In this document: positions 54,417 through 64,000 of the stretch, one piece after another
Layout: each line of letters starts with the position of its first letter
Numbering within the stretch: position 1 is the first letter of the stretch
Translations under genes and position numbers: made by a program
Notes under the pieces: generated by a model
What the model was told of the DNA's origin: nothing
The model's input: only the letters and a program-made list of their open reading frames with translations
Database searches by the model: none
Assembly (NCBI GenBank): GCA_965222955.1
Contig: OZ244974.1
Span: 1,920,226 to 1,984,225 of the forward strand
DNA length: 64,000 bases
Reading direction: 5' to 3'
DNA from: Hyphomicrobiales bacterium
GTDB taxonomy: Bacteria > Pseudomonadota > Alphaproteobacteria > Rhizobiales > CBDCVD01

Positions 54417-55751
54417 GTGAATACATTGGGCGTTGACAGAGCAAACAATCAAGGTAATCCGGCGGCATTTGCACGGCATATAGCGCTGGCAGCGGGGGTC
54501 GCAATTGTGAGTGGGTGCAACGGCATTTCCCTGCCCGCCGGGCTGTCCAATATCGGCACGCAGCGTGGGAGCACCGAAGTTCGCGCCGCGGCCACCACGG
54601 TTGGCTGTGCGGCGCTGGCGGCGAGGGGGCCAGTGCGGGCGCCGGATACATTTGGCAATGGCCCGACCCGTGTTGCCATGCTGGTTCCCTTGTCGGCGCC
54701 GGGGGTTACAGGAGAATTGGCGCGGGATTTGCGTAATGCGGCGGCGTTGGCGGTCAATGAAAGTGCCGCGCAACGCATAAGTGTCGTTGTCAGGGATACA
54801 TGCGCCGATCCGGCAGCGGCGGCGCGCGCGGCAGAGCAGGTGATTGCCCAGGGCGCGCGGGTTATCGTCGGACCGCTGCGGCGCGAGACTGTCGCCGGTG
54901 TGGCGCGTATCGCCGCCGGCGCTGGCGTGCCCGTATTGGGGTTTTCCTCCGATACCGGTGTTGCCGGCCAGGGGGTGTTTTTGATGTCGCTGTTGCCGCA
55001 GAATTCCATTGATCGGGTTTTGCGTTATGCCTACGGGCAAAAGGCCAGGCGCTTTGCGGCGATCCTGCCGGCGGGCCGTTATGGGGAGCTGGCGGCGACG
55101 CAGATGCGTACAACCCTTAACCGTCTGGGCGGCTCCATTGAGGCGCTCGCTGAATACGGCGCCGCCAGCGGCGATTTGCAACGCGCCATCAGCCGGGTTG
55201 TCAATCTGGTGCGGGCCGGGGGCGGGGTTGACGCCATTCTTGTTCCCGATATCGCCGACAAGGCTGTGGCGATCGCGCAGGCCCTGCGCGCGGGTGGGAT
55301 CGACACCACGAAAACCCGTCTTCTCGGCTCCAGCCAGTGGACGGGCGCCACGGCTTTGCGAAACGGCGCTCTTGACGGGGCGTGGTACGCCGCCTTTGGG
55401 GCGCGCGGCTTCGATAATTTTGCCGCGCGCTATCGCCAGGCTTTCGGTTCCAGGCCGCTTCGCAATGCCGCCTTTGCCTATGATGCGACCCTGCTGGCGG
55501 CCGCCATTTCCGAGGGGGGACGATTGACCCCGAATTATCGCCAGATGTTGACGACCGAGCGCGGCTTTAACGGCGTGGACGGCATTTTCCGCCTTAAGGC
55601 GAGTGGCGCCAATGAGCGCGGCCTGGCCATTTATCGCGCCGCACCGGCGGGGGCCACGGTTATCGACAATGCGCCGACAAGTTTTCCGACGGCACATTCG
55701 GGGTCTCTGGCAGGCTCGTTGCTTGACGGTGCCGCGATGGCAACGCAATGA
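54417..55751 (+). CDS. LpoA-like lipoprotein, paralog 2 (tandem duplicate)
   Basis: GGAGG, then 5 nt, then GTG 54417, mirroring paralog 1. Lipobox IVSGCN. Roughly 60% identical to paralog 1 by eye, with long shared blocks such as LMSLLPQNSIDxVxRYA and GGGVDAILVPD. Confidence 0.65.
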   Translation: MNTLGVDRANNQGNPAAFARHIALAAGVAIVSGCNGISLPAGLSNIGTQRGSTEVRAAATTVGCAALAARGPVRAPDTFGNGPTRVAMLVPLSAPGVTGELARDLRNAAALAVNESAAQRISVVVRDTCADPAAAARAAEQVIAQGARVIVGPLRRETVAGVARIAAGAGVPVLGFSSDTGVAGQGVFLMSLLPQNSIDRVLRYAYGQKARRFAAILPAGRYGELAATQMRTTLNRLGGSIEALAEYGAASGDLQRAISRVVNLVRAGGGVDAILVPDIADKAVAIAQALRAGGIDTTKTRLLGSSQWTGATALRNGALDGAWYAAFGARGFDNFAARYRQAFGSRPLRNAAFAYDATLLAAAISEGGRLTPNYRQMLTTERGFNGVDGIFRLKASGANERGLAIYRAAPAGATVIDNAPTSFPTAHSGSLAGSLLDGAAMATQ

Positions 55752-55769
55752 GGAACCGGCCCTGCTGCG

Positions 55770-55835
55770 GCCGGGCCGCAAGAGATGTACTCCCGGGTTT
55801 GCCTGTCCCGGAAACAACCTGCTGAAAGATACCAA
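55770..55835 (-). repeat. Family C, outer-right arm only
   Basis: ccgcaagagatgtactcccgggtttgcctgtcccggaaacaacctgctgaaagataccaac abuts the msrP stop codon. Confidence 0.75.
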
Positions 55836-56819
55836 CTAGCGATACAAATGATCGCCTTTCATATCCTTGTACAAATGCGCCACCTGCTCGCTGTAACCGT
55901 TGAATAAAAGGGTCGGAACACGCTCGCGAGTGTGCAGGACGCGCTCGCTCTTCTGACTCCAGCGCGAATGGGGAACTTCCGGATTAACATTCGCCCAAAA
56001 GCCGTATTCGCCCGCCCCGGTTTCCTCCCAAAACGTTACCGGCCGCTTCCTAACGAAGGAAAACCGCACAATAGACTTAATGGACTTAAAGCCGTATTTC
56101 CACGGCACCGCCAGGCGTAAGGGCGCGCCCATCTGCTTGGCGACAGGCTTGCCGTAAGCGCCGCAGGCAAGAAAAGCCAGATCGTTCGTCGCCTCCGCCA
56201 TGGTCAGCGCCTCCACATAGGGCCACGGCAGCCAGCTCTGCTTTTGATTGGAGGCGACCTGCGGATCGTGAAACGTTTCCATGCGCACATATTTCGCCGA
56301 CGACAATGGTTTGGCAAACGCCACCAGCTTTCTCAAGGGAAAGCCCGACCAGGGAATGGTCATCGACCACGCCTCGACGCAGCGATGGCGGTACAGGCGC
56401 TCCTCAATGCCCATTTTCGCGATCAACGTGGCGGCATCGATGGTAATATCGCGTTCGACTTCCCCATCAATCGTTATCGACCAGGGTACAACGCGCAGCG
56501 CCTGCGACGCCTTCGCAATCGACTTGTGGGAGCCGAATTCATAAAAGTTGTTGTACATCAGATTGATTTCTTCCGGCGTCACATCGCGATCGAGCGTAAA
56601 GGCGCTATTGCGTTCGGCCGGATAGAGCGCCGCCGTGGGGCGCTCCGCAGTGGTATCCAAAGGGGTGTCTTTTGCATAGGGCTTGGCAAAAGCGCCAACC
56701 GCAATCGAACCGGCGGCAACGCCGCCACCGGAGAGAATGTCACGGCGCGAGAAGTAAATTTTCTGCGGTGTGACATCGCGGTGGCGAATGTCCCATACTT
56801 TGGCCTGTTTGATAAGCAT
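55836..56819 (-). CDS. msrP: Protein-methionine-sulfoxide reductase catalytic subunit (YedY/MsrP)
   Basis: From ATG 56819: MLIKQAKVWDIRHRDVTPQKIYFSRRDILSGGGVAAG (Tat signal). ...NNFYEFG...HRCVEAWSMTIPWSGFPL. Confidence 0.9.
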   Translation of the reverse strand: MLIKQAKVWDIRHRDVTPQKIYFSRRDILSGGGVAAGSIAVGAFAKPYAKDTPLDTTAERPTAALYPAERNSAFTLDRDVTPEEINLMYNNFYEFGSHKSIAKASQALRVVPWSITIDGEVERDITIDAATLIAKMGIEERLYRHRCVEAWSMTIPWSGFPLRKLVAFAKPLSSAKYVRMETFHDPQVASNQKQSWLPWPYVEALTMAEATNDLAFLACGAYGKPVAKQMGAPLRLAVPWKYGFKSIKSIVRFSFVRKRPVTFWEETGAGEYGFWANVNPEVPHSRWSQKSERVLHTRERVPTLLFNGYSEQVAHLYKDMKGDHLYR

Positions 56820-57024
56820 TCTAACCTCGCTGACGTATTCTGTGACGATTCGCTGTCTCATGTGTATTGTGGGCAAAACCCGTAAACGCGCTCCGGGTGC
56901 AATACGCGCAGTATTCGCAAGAGGGTGACGAAATACCCGATATGCATCCATTATACACGTGGCTCGATACCAACATTCGCACTCCACTAACCATAGTATT
57001 ACATGCAAATGTTATCGTTCCACT

Positions 57025-57079
57025 AGAGCGTATCATGTCTTAACAGAAACAGAATGGTTCTATTAAGACATGACGCGCT
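57025..57079. repeat. Family D mini element
   Basis: agagcgtatcatgtcttaacagaaacagaatggttctattaagacatgacgcgct. Confidence 0.8.
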
Positions 57080-57266
57080 GTAGACGTTTATGGGCGTATA
57101 TGTTCCGATGCCGGCGGTAAACAGATGTCGCGCGGCATTTCAGAGGAACGGGATTTTGCGTTGAAAGCGCCCCATTGTACCATAGTCACCATAGCACGTT
57201 TTAGGGCTTAAACGCCTCTCATCGATTCACGTTATTGTGATACGCGCAACTTTTGGGAGACCGGGC

Positions 57267-58694
57267 ATGGATAGCGAAGAAAATTCCGCATCGCTGAAGG
57301 CGGCATCCGCAACGCCACCGTCTTCGCCGGGGCCGTTGCGCGATGACGATGATGCGCTGCGGGAAAATTTCGTCGATGCGCTAATCGCCGCGCTCGATAG
57401 CGAGAATGTTGTTGCGGTCCGGGATCTGATCGGCGAATTGCACGAAGCGGACATCGCCGATCTCCTTGCAGCGTTAAAGGCGGAATACAGGCCCGCTCTG
57501 GTACATCTGGCAGGGGATGCCTTCGATTACTCCGCGCTCACCAGCGTTGACGAGACCATCCGGCTGGAGGTCTTGCAGGCGCTGCCCGAGGACGTGGTGG
57601 CGCGGGGGCTGCGCGATCTGGACTCCGACGATGCGGTCTTCATCCTTGAGGACCTCGACGACGAGACGCAGAACTCGATTCTGGCGCGCATTCCGGCGAT
57701 TGATCGCATCGCACTAAAGCGCAGTCTCGATTATCCCGAAGACAGTGCCGGACGGCGCATGCAATCGGACTTTATCGCCGTGCCGCCGTTCTGGTCGGTG
57801 GGCCAGACAATCGATCACATGCGCGAGCAGGATGATCTGCCCGATGAATTTTACGAACTATTCGTGGTCGATCCAAATTTTCACTTACGCGGCACGGTCG
57901 CGTTGAACCGGCTTTTGCGTACAAAGCGCGTCGCCAGAATTCGCGACATCATGGACGCGCCCCTGCACCAGATCAGCGCCGAGGAAGATCAGGAAGAAGC
58001 GGCGCGAACCTTTGAGCGCTACGATCTGGTATCGGCTGCGGTGGTCGATGAAGCGGGCCGCCTGGTGGGCGTGCTTACGATCGATGATGTGGTGGATGTG
58101 ATCCAGGAGGAAGCCGGCGAGGATTTGATGCGTATGGGCGGTGTGGGCGATGAGGATATATCCGGCAACGTATTCGAGACCATGAAAAGCCGCTTTTCCT
58201 GGTTGTTCATCAATCTCATCACCGCCATTCTCGCCTCGATTGTGATCAAGATGTTCGATACCACCATCGAACGGATGGTCGCGCTGGCGGTATTGATGCC
58301 CATCGTCGCTTCCATGGGCGGCAATGCGGGCACCCAGACCATGACGGTCGCCGTGCGCGCCCTGGCGATGCGCGACATTGATACGTTTAATGCCGCCCGG
58401 GTCATTACCCGCGAGACGATTATCGGCCTCTTGAACGGTCTCGCCTTTGCCGCCATTGCCGGGATTATCACCTGGATGTGGTTCGAAAACGTTCAGTTGG
58501 GCTTTATCATTGCCGCCGCCATGATCGTTAACATGCTGGTGGCCGGGCTGGCGGGCATTCTGATCCCCATCGTGCTCGATCGATTTGCTGTCGATCCGGC
58601 GGTCGCCTCGGGCGTGTTTTTGACGACGGTGACTGATGTGGTGGGCTTTTTTGCCTTTCTTGGTCTGGCGGGCTGGTGGTTCGGGTATTTTTAG
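57267..58694 (+). CDS. mgtE: Magnesium transporter MgtE
   Basis: N-terminal domain, tandem CBS domains (VVDEAGRLVGVLTIDDVVDVI), and a TM domain with MGGNAGTQT. Confidence 0.92.
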   Translation: MDSEENSASLKAASATPPSSPGPLRDDDDALRENFVDALIAALDSENVVAVRDLIGELHEADIADLLAALKAEYRPALVHLAGDAFDYSALTSVDETIRLEVLQALPEDVVARGLRDLDSDDAVFILEDLDDETQNSILARIPAIDRIALKRSLDYPEDSAGRRMQSDFIAVPPFWSVGQTIDHMREQDDLPDEFYELFVVDPNFHLRGTVALNRLLRTKRVARIRDIMDAPLHQISAEEDQEEAARTFERYDLVSAAVVDEAGRLVGVLTIDDVVDVIQEEAGEDLMRMGGVGDEDISGNVFETMKSRFSWLFINLITAILASIVIKMFDTTIERMVALAVLMPIVASMGGNAGTQTMTVAVRALAMRDIDTFNAARVITRETIIGLLNGLAFAAIAGIITWMWFENVQLGFIIAAAMIVNMLVAGLAGILIPIVLDRFAVDPAVASGVFLTTVTDVVGFFAFLGLAGWWFGYF

Positions 58695-58751
58695 GGGGGG
58701 TATTTTGGCGTAAAGCATCTGTTAACCATAATGAAACAGCTTGGGGCTACT

Positions 58752-59029
58752 CTGTTGATCGTGAAGAAAAGTCCTTTGCTCCGCTTGCGTGTACTTTTCT
58801 TCATTGAAGCAATGAGAAAACAAGGTTCAAGAAGGTGCGGCGCTTTGTTTTCGCCCGGGCTTATTGCAAGGTTTTGGCGCATTTGCGCGTAATACCTTGC
58901 AATTTCCGATCATGATCGGTTCCCATGGGTGTCAAATCGATCCGCCGGGCTACCCCAGGGACTGATTTATCCCTATTTTATCGGGAAAATTAGACCGAGA
59001 CGAAGCCAAGGGACTTTTTCACATTCAAC
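58752..59029. repeat. Repeat cluster (family E, then family B long form)
   Basis: E is at 58752-58892, ending ttgcaaggttttggcgcatttgcgcgtaa. B-long is at 58941-59029. Confidence 0.85.
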
Positions 59030-59108
59030 TACTCCGTGATCGCCTTATCCCGATTTGTCACCCGTCAGCCTACGCCAACGGAACATACGTGTTTTGGAAT
59101 GTCCGCCC

Positions 59109-59894
59109 ATGAACAGATTTTATCCCTTCCGCTGGAGGCGTGCCGGATGCCTTGTTGTCCTGTCTATCCTGGCGGCTATCGCGCCGATGAACGGTGGCGA
59201 CGGGCGCGCTGCGGATACAAACACGGCCTTTCTTGAGACGCGGCGGCAGGACGTCCTGAAGGTCTTCGTCGATGGTGGCGTATTCGCCAAAGGCGATCTG
59301 TATAATGTGACACAGGTCCTTGCCGATGATTTTGCCAACGGCGAGGCGCGCCGGGGGTTGCGCACGCGCGCGCAATGGCAAGCGCTTGCGAGCAGGTTGC
59401 AGCGCGAACTCGAGCCCGGGGAGGCCGTCTGGCTGATTGAGCGTTCCGGTGTACCATTTATGATTGCCATGGCGGGCAGGGGGGATGCAGTTCACACGAT
59501 CCGCTTTGTCCTGCGCGATGGGAAAGTTTCGCGCCGCGCCGGCAGGAAACTGATGGATCTGATTGGCGCTGCGTACGAGAAGGCACTACCGCAATTTAAG
59601 GGTGCCCGGCGCTGGCCGCGGGCGGCCCTGATCCGCTCCTATCTGGCGCGCAAACAGCTCGGCAAAAGCATCGCCGAGCGATCCAAAGGGCAATTCGACA
59701 GGCAGACCTTGCGCCTTACACGACAAGACGCCGTTCTTTTGCAGAAAGTCTTTGCTGCGCACACCATTGGCGATATTGCTCTGGGTGCGGTGCGGGTTCC
59801 TGGCGTGGCGTCTTATTTTACGGTCACCGGCCGGCGCCGCTGTGCATCGACACCGCGCAGAGGGCGCGATATTCTCCGCAGCGTGAGTTGCTGA
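59109..59894 (+). CDS. Hypothetical secreted protein
   Basis: 261 aa from ATG 59109. Signal-like segment CLVVLSILAAIAPMNGG. No family recognised. The gene is bounded on both sides by family B hairpins. Confidence 0.45.
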   Translation: MNRFYPFRWRRAGCLVVLSILAAIAPMNGGDGRAADTNTAFLETRRQDVLKVFVDGGVFAKGDLYNVTQVLADDFANGEARRGLRTRAQWQALASRLQRELEPGEAVWLIERSGVPFMIAMAGRGDAVHTIRFVLRDGKVSRRAGRKLMDLIGAAYEKALPQFKGARRWPRAALIRSYLARKQLGKSIAERSKGQFDRQTLRLTRQDAVLLQKVFAAHTIGDIALGAVRVPGVASYFTVTGRRRCASTPRRGRDILRSVSC

Positions 59895-60019
59895 GTTGAA
59901 TGTGAAAAAGCAGACCGAGGCGAAGCCGAGGGGCTATCTCACATTCAACGGTTTAAAACCATTGTCTTATCAGCACGATACACAAGTCAGCGTGTACAGA
60001 AAGCCAATACCGCTGGTAT
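59895..60019. repeat. Family B hairpin fused to a truncated R98 copy
   Basis: B is at 59895-59949. A 3'-truncated R98 (minus orientation) is at 59950-60019. Confidence 0.85.
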
Positions 60020-60036
60020 AAGACGCGCCGGAGAGA

Positions 60037-60822
60037 TCATCTTCCGATCAGGTCCAAAAGCTGCGGGTGGATGTGTTCATTGGCACATACCACACTGCCT
60101 TCGCTGAGCATCGCGTCGTTCCCCTGGTCATCGGTGACGATACCACCTGCCTCGCGCGCAATCAGGATGCCGGCCGCCATATCCCATGGCGCCAGGCCGC
60201 GCTCCCAATAGGCATCGAAACGGCCCGCAGCCGTCCAGGCAAGATCAAGAGCCGCCGAGCCGCACCGGCGCACCCCGGCAAAATGGCCCATAACCCGCTC
60301 AAGCTGGCGCAAATACTCCCCATGATCGCCACGCCCGATATGAGGAATGCCCGTAGCGATGACGCAGTCGTGGCTCCTTCGGCGGGCGGCGACGCGAATG
60401 CGCCGGTCATTCAGATACGCTCCCTTGCCGCGCTCGGCGACAAAGAGGGCATCGGCAATCGGGTCATAAATGAGGGCCGCGCGCAATATTCCATCGCGCT
60501 CCAGCGCGATGGCAATGGCGAAAATCGGAATGCCATGGAGAAAATTGGTGGTCCCGTCAAGGGGATCAACAATCCAGCGATGAGTCGTATCAGTGCCTTC
60601 AATACTGCCCGATTCCTCCATCAGGAACCCATAGCCAGGGCGCGCCTGCGCCAGCGTTTCATAAATGATCTGCTCGGCACGCTTGTCGGCGGCGCTGACA
60701 AAATCCCCCGGCCCCTTGATGGAAACCTGCAGGTTCTCCACCTCGCCGAAATCGCGCACCAGCGAGCGGCTCGCCTTGCGCACCGCCTTTAACATCACAT
60801 TGATAATTGCCGAGCGCGCCAT
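60037..60822 (-). CDS. suhB: Inositol monophosphatase family protein (SuhB-like)
   Basis: FLMEESG...WIVDPLDGTTNFLHGIP...WDMAAG. Confidence 0.85.
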   Translation of the reverse strand: MARSAIINVMLKAVRKASRSLVRDFGEVENLQVSIKGPGDFVSAADKRAEQIIYETLAQARPGYGFLMEESGSIEGTDTTHRWIVDPLDGTTNFLHGIPIFAIAIALERDGILRAALIYDPIADALFVAERGKGAYLNDRRIRVAARRRSHDCVIATGIPHIGRGDHGEYLRQLERVMGHFAGVRRCGSAALDLAWTAAGRFDAYWERGLAPWDMAAGILIAREAGGIVTDDQGNDAMLSEGSVVCANEHIHPQLLDLIGR

Positions 60823-60882
60823 GTTTCACCGTAAACCAACAGATCTTCGCCACGGGCGGGTAATCAGAGTCCCCATCGTCGC

Positions 60883-61446
60883 TCATTCGCCGCGACGAAC
60901 ATAGGTAACGTCGTTGGTATCCACCACAATCGTCTCGCCAGGAGAAATGAAGGGCGGCACCATCACGCGCACGCCATTCTCCAAAACAGCCGGCTTGTAA
61001 GAGGACGATACTGTCTGGCCCTTGACCACAGGGTCCGCCTCGGCAACTTTCAGCGCCACCTGAACAGGTAAGGCAATGCCAATCGCCTGCCCCTCGTGAA
61101 ACTCCAGGGTAACCGTCATACCGTCCTGCAAAAACGCGCTGCGCTCGCCGACGAAGTCACGTTGCAACTCAATCTGCTCATAAGATTGCGCGTCCATAAA
61201 CACCAGCATCTCGCCCTCGGCATAGAGATACTGGAAATCACGCTGTTCAAGCCGTACCCGCTCCACCGTCTCATCGGCGCGAAAACGCTCGTTGAGTTTC
61301 GTCCCGTTGAGGAGATTTTTCAACTCGACCTGGTTGAACGCGCCGCCCTTGCCCGGCTTGACGGCCTGGGTCTTTACCGCCGCCCAAAGCGAGCCCTTGT
61401 GCTGCAAGACATAGCCCGGACGAATTTCATTACCGTTGATCTTCAT
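60883..61446 (-). CDS. efp: Elongation factor P
   Basis: [45 protein letters not shown]. Confidence 0.95.
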   Translation of the reverse strand: MKINGNEIRPGYVLQHKGSLWAAVKTQAVKPGKGGAFNQVELKNLLNGTKLNERFRADETVERVRLEQRDFQYLYAEGEMLVFMDAQSYEQIELQRDFVGERSAFLQDGMTVTLEFHEGQAIGIALPVQVALKVAEADPVVKGQTVSSSYKPAVLENGVRVMVPPFISPGETIVVDTNDVTYVRRGE

Positions 61447-61455
61447 CGCTTTTCC

Positions 61456-62505
61456 TTAATCGGTCATAGCGCCAAATGTGCGCGCGGCGAAAAGACGTTG
61501 CACATGTACCACCGCCAGCGCCAATACGATGATCGCCCCCGCCTGGTGGACCACGCCCGGCAAAACAGGCACCCCATGCACCAGAACCAGCACACCAAGC
61601 GCCGCCTGAGCTACTGTCGCCACTGCTAACGCCATCCCATAGCGCCGGGTCAGGGGGTCCGCGGACCATACAGCGATGGCGTGCCCTAACGCTCCAAGTA
61701 TTAGGATATAAGCGAGCAGGCGATGGCTGAATTGAACGAATATGGGGTTTTCAACAGCATTCAACCAGATGGGGCGCCATTGCCACAGACCCTCCGGCAC
61801 CCACTGCGCGCCCATACGCGGCCATGTGTTATACGCCTGCCCGGCGTGCAGCCCGGCGACAAGTCCCCCCAGTGCAATCTGGGCGAAAATCATGAAAAGC
61901 AGGATCAGCGCGCCCGCTGCCACCCGGTTTGACACATTGCCCGCCCGCCAGTCAGCGCGCAAAAGACCACGCCCCACCCATATCAGGGCGGCAAAGATCG
62001 CACACGCGAGCAGCAAATGCGCCACCAGCCGATAATGGGAAACGTCCACCCGATCCACCAGGCCGCTTTGCACCATATACCAGCCCAGAAGTCCTTGCAT
62101 CCCGCCCAGCACAAACAGGCCGAGCAGCGGCAGGCCCAGCCTTTGCGGCAAACGGTGGGTGGCGAAAAACACCAAAAATGGCAGCAAAAATGCAAGACCA
62201 ATGACAACGCCGAGGCGTCGGTGCCCCCATTCCCACCACCAGATGGTCTTGAAGTCCGCCAGGCTCATACCGTAGTTGACCTGCACATACTCCGGCGTTT
62301 TCCGATAAAGCGCAAACACCCGTTGCCATTCGGCATCGCTTAAGGGGGGGATCATGCCCAGAATGGGCCGCCACTCGGTGATTGACAGGCCTGAATCCGT
62401 CAAGCGGGTCGCCCCGCCGACGATCATCATGACAAAAACCAGCCCGGCCATCCCGTATAGCCAAAGGCGCACCGGTCGCGCGGTATCGTTACCGGGTAGT
62501 GCCAT
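61456..62505 (-). CDS. ctaA: Heme A synthase (COX15/CtaA)
   Basis: 349 aa with 8 TM helices and conserved His residues (WGHRRLG, VAHLLLA, FSHRLLA). Confidence 0.85.
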   Translation of the reverse strand: MALPGNDTARPVRLWLYGMAGLVFVMMIVGGATRLTDSGLSITEWRPILGMIPPLSDAEWQRVFALYRKTPEYVQVNYGMSLADFKTIWWWEWGHRRLGVVIGLAFLLPFLVFFATHRLPQRLGLPLLGLFVLGGMQGLLGWYMVQSGLVDRVDVSHYRLVAHLLLACAIFAALIWVGRGLLRADWRAGNVSNRVAAGALILLFMIFAQIALGGLVAGLHAGQAYNTWPRMGAQWVPEGLWQWRPIWLNAVENPIFVQFSHRLLAYILILGALGHAIAVWSADPLTRRYGMALAVATVAQAALGVLVLVHGVPVLPGVVHQAGAIIVLALAVVHVQRLFAARTFGAMTD

Positions 62506-62544
62506 TGATGCCTCCTGGACAGGTTTTCACGGGCGCTCCTGATT

Positions 62545-62660
62545 GTGTTCTTTCAGCAGGTTGTGTCCGGGACGGACAAGCCTGAGGGGCACTTCTTGCG
62601 GCTATAGCTGCGGCGTGGCCGGTTTGGATCATTCATCTCACAGGTTTTTTCAGAGCGGCC
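62545..62660 (+). repeat. Family C element (degenerate right half)
   Basis: gtgttctttcagcaggttgtgtccgggacggacaagcctgagg ... ggatcattcatctcacagg. Confidence 0.7.
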
Positions 62661-63111
62661 TGATACCATTGCACAACTGGCCATTATAACATTCCAGCGG
62701 TACTTTCCAGTGGTACTTTAAATGTGACACTTGAGAACGCCCGCAGCGGCAAAGCGGCAAACGGAACTCAAATGTCCAATTCATCCCACTCGCGCAAACG
62801 AACTACTTCGTGTCATGCCATCATGCCGAAACGCCTACAATGCGCGCATTAATTGTTAATGAAACTACAGTATATTATTTAGTGCATATTTCTTTTTGAA
62901 TCTGTTGATTTCCCTTTCGCGCCGTCGTAGCATATTGTTAGCCAATTGTGACAGATTTATCCTGGCAATCACATACGGACACTTCATCAGCCATAGAGCG
63001 TGGAAACGACTGTATAGCCGGTGTTAGTATGCGGGCTCACCGCAGGCGGCAATGTAGCAGCAAAAGTAAATGTAAAAAGTAAAGAAGAATGCGTATTGGG
63101 AGCGTATCGGT

Positions 63112-64000
63112 GTGACTGAGTGGATCATGATATTCGGCCTTGGTGCCCTGGTTAGTGGAGCCGTGGCTTTTGCCCTTGCGCCCGGTTTGTGGCGGCGGGC
63201 GGTACGGGTTACGCGTGAACGTATACGAACAACAATCTGGACGGATCAGGCATCATTGCGAGCACAGGCGGATGCGCTGGCGGCAGCCCATGGCATGCGG
63301 GTGCGCCGGCTTGAGCGTGCCATCGAGATGCTGCAACGCCAAAGGCGCAAGCAAGCCATCGCGCTGGCCCTGGCGCGACAGGACACGGCACAATTGCGCG
63401 CCGTTGAAAAACGGCAGGCACAAACCATTAGCGCCCTTGAGCATGTCAAGGCGGAACTCAAGCATGATATCGTTCGCCTTGACAAGGCACGCGCCGATAC
63501 GCATCGCAAGCTGCAAACCCGTGGACAGGCGCTGGCGAATGCGCAGGCTTTGCTGGGCGAGCGCGACGAACGCATAGAGGCGTTGGGCGATGAAGTGAAC
63601 ATGTACCAGCGGCGCATCGACGAAATGACCATCGAGCGCGTCTCCCAACAAACGCGAAACCATGTGCTGGAATCCGACGTTCGGCGCTTGAACGGGCTAC
63701 TCCAGGAGAATGCGCGCAAGGAGACCGGGCACGTTCATCGCACGCACCCGCAGCATGTACGGATTGCCCCGCCTGCGGCACAAACGGACGCAGCTGCGAC
63801 GGCCGCCGGGCATCAGGCTGGCGGCCGCGCTATCAAAGACAACGTGCATGAAACGGCAGAGGCGACACAGCGACGCGTCAACACGCTCACCGAGGCTTTG
63901 AGGAAAGAAACCCGGCTTCGCAAGACCCTGGCGGCCGAAATGAGTGCGCGTAACTATACCCTTGAGGTTCAGAGATCCCATATCGCCAAGCTAAAGCGCG
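63112..64000 (+). CDS. Membrane-anchored coiled-coil protein, N-terminal part (runs off the right edge)
   Basis: My translation runs from GTG 63112 or ATG 63127: (VTEWI)MIFGLGALVSGAVAFALAPGLWRRAVRVTRERIRTTIWTDQASLRAQADALAAAHG...LEVQRSHIAKLKR. The frame stays open to the window end. It is absent from the ORF track because there is no stop. Confidence 0.55.
   Translation, partial: MTEWIMIFGLGALVSGAVAFALAPGLWRRAVRVTRERIRTTIWTDQASLRAQADALAAAHGMRVRRLERAIEMLQRQRRKQAIALALARQDTAQLRAVEKRQAQTISALEHVKAELKHDIVRLDKARADTHRKLQTRGQALANAQALLGERDERIEALGDEVNMYQRRIDEMTIERVSQQTRNHVLESDVRRLNGLLQENARKETGHVHRTHPQHVRIAPPAAQTDAAATAAGHQAGGRAIKDNVHETAEATQRRVNTLTEALRKETRLRKTLAAEMSARNYTLEVQRSHIAKLKR

Overview
The window looks like an alphaproteobacterial chromosomal segment. 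Supporting gene content: a DUF1476 zeta-like gene next to purC-purS, purE-purK, gatB, rpsU, rsmI-yraN divergent from lpoA-like genes, and ctaA-efp-suhB. I call about 50 protein genes. They are mostly housekeeping genes plus two transport/catabolic clusters. The first is a CUT1 ABC transporter with a DUF2160 gene (18.9-25.6 kb). The second is a LysR-controlled CUT2 ABC transporter joined to a tightly coupled operon (39.1-50.9 kb) encoding an FAD oxidase, GlpD, a HAD-IIA phosphatase, a G1P-dehydrogenase-like enzyme and an FGGY kinase.

The most unusual property is at the DNA level. Nearly every intergenic spacer, and two intra-operon spacers, is occupied by copies of at least five small non-coding repeat families (MITE/REP-like). 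They abut and nest inside each other, yet I see no transposase, integrase or RAYT-like ORF in the 64 kb.

The main leads are:
- Inverted tandem arrays (6 and 3 copies) of a 98-bp structured element bracket a secreted FecR-domain gene with a long polycationic repeat tail.
- A three-gene TelA-like, transmembrane and coiled-coil operon lies at 28.0-32.0 kb.
- A tRNA-like, permuted-tmRNA-like structure fills the purK-rpsU spacer but lacks the G3:U70 alanine identity pair as I read it.
- A 7-TM pentapeptide-repeat protein is encoded by near-perfect 30-bp DNA repeats.
- An AraL/AraM-like pair sits in the glycerol-phosphate/polyol operon.

All functional calls come from reading the translated ORFs and the DNA by eye. 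No database search was run.
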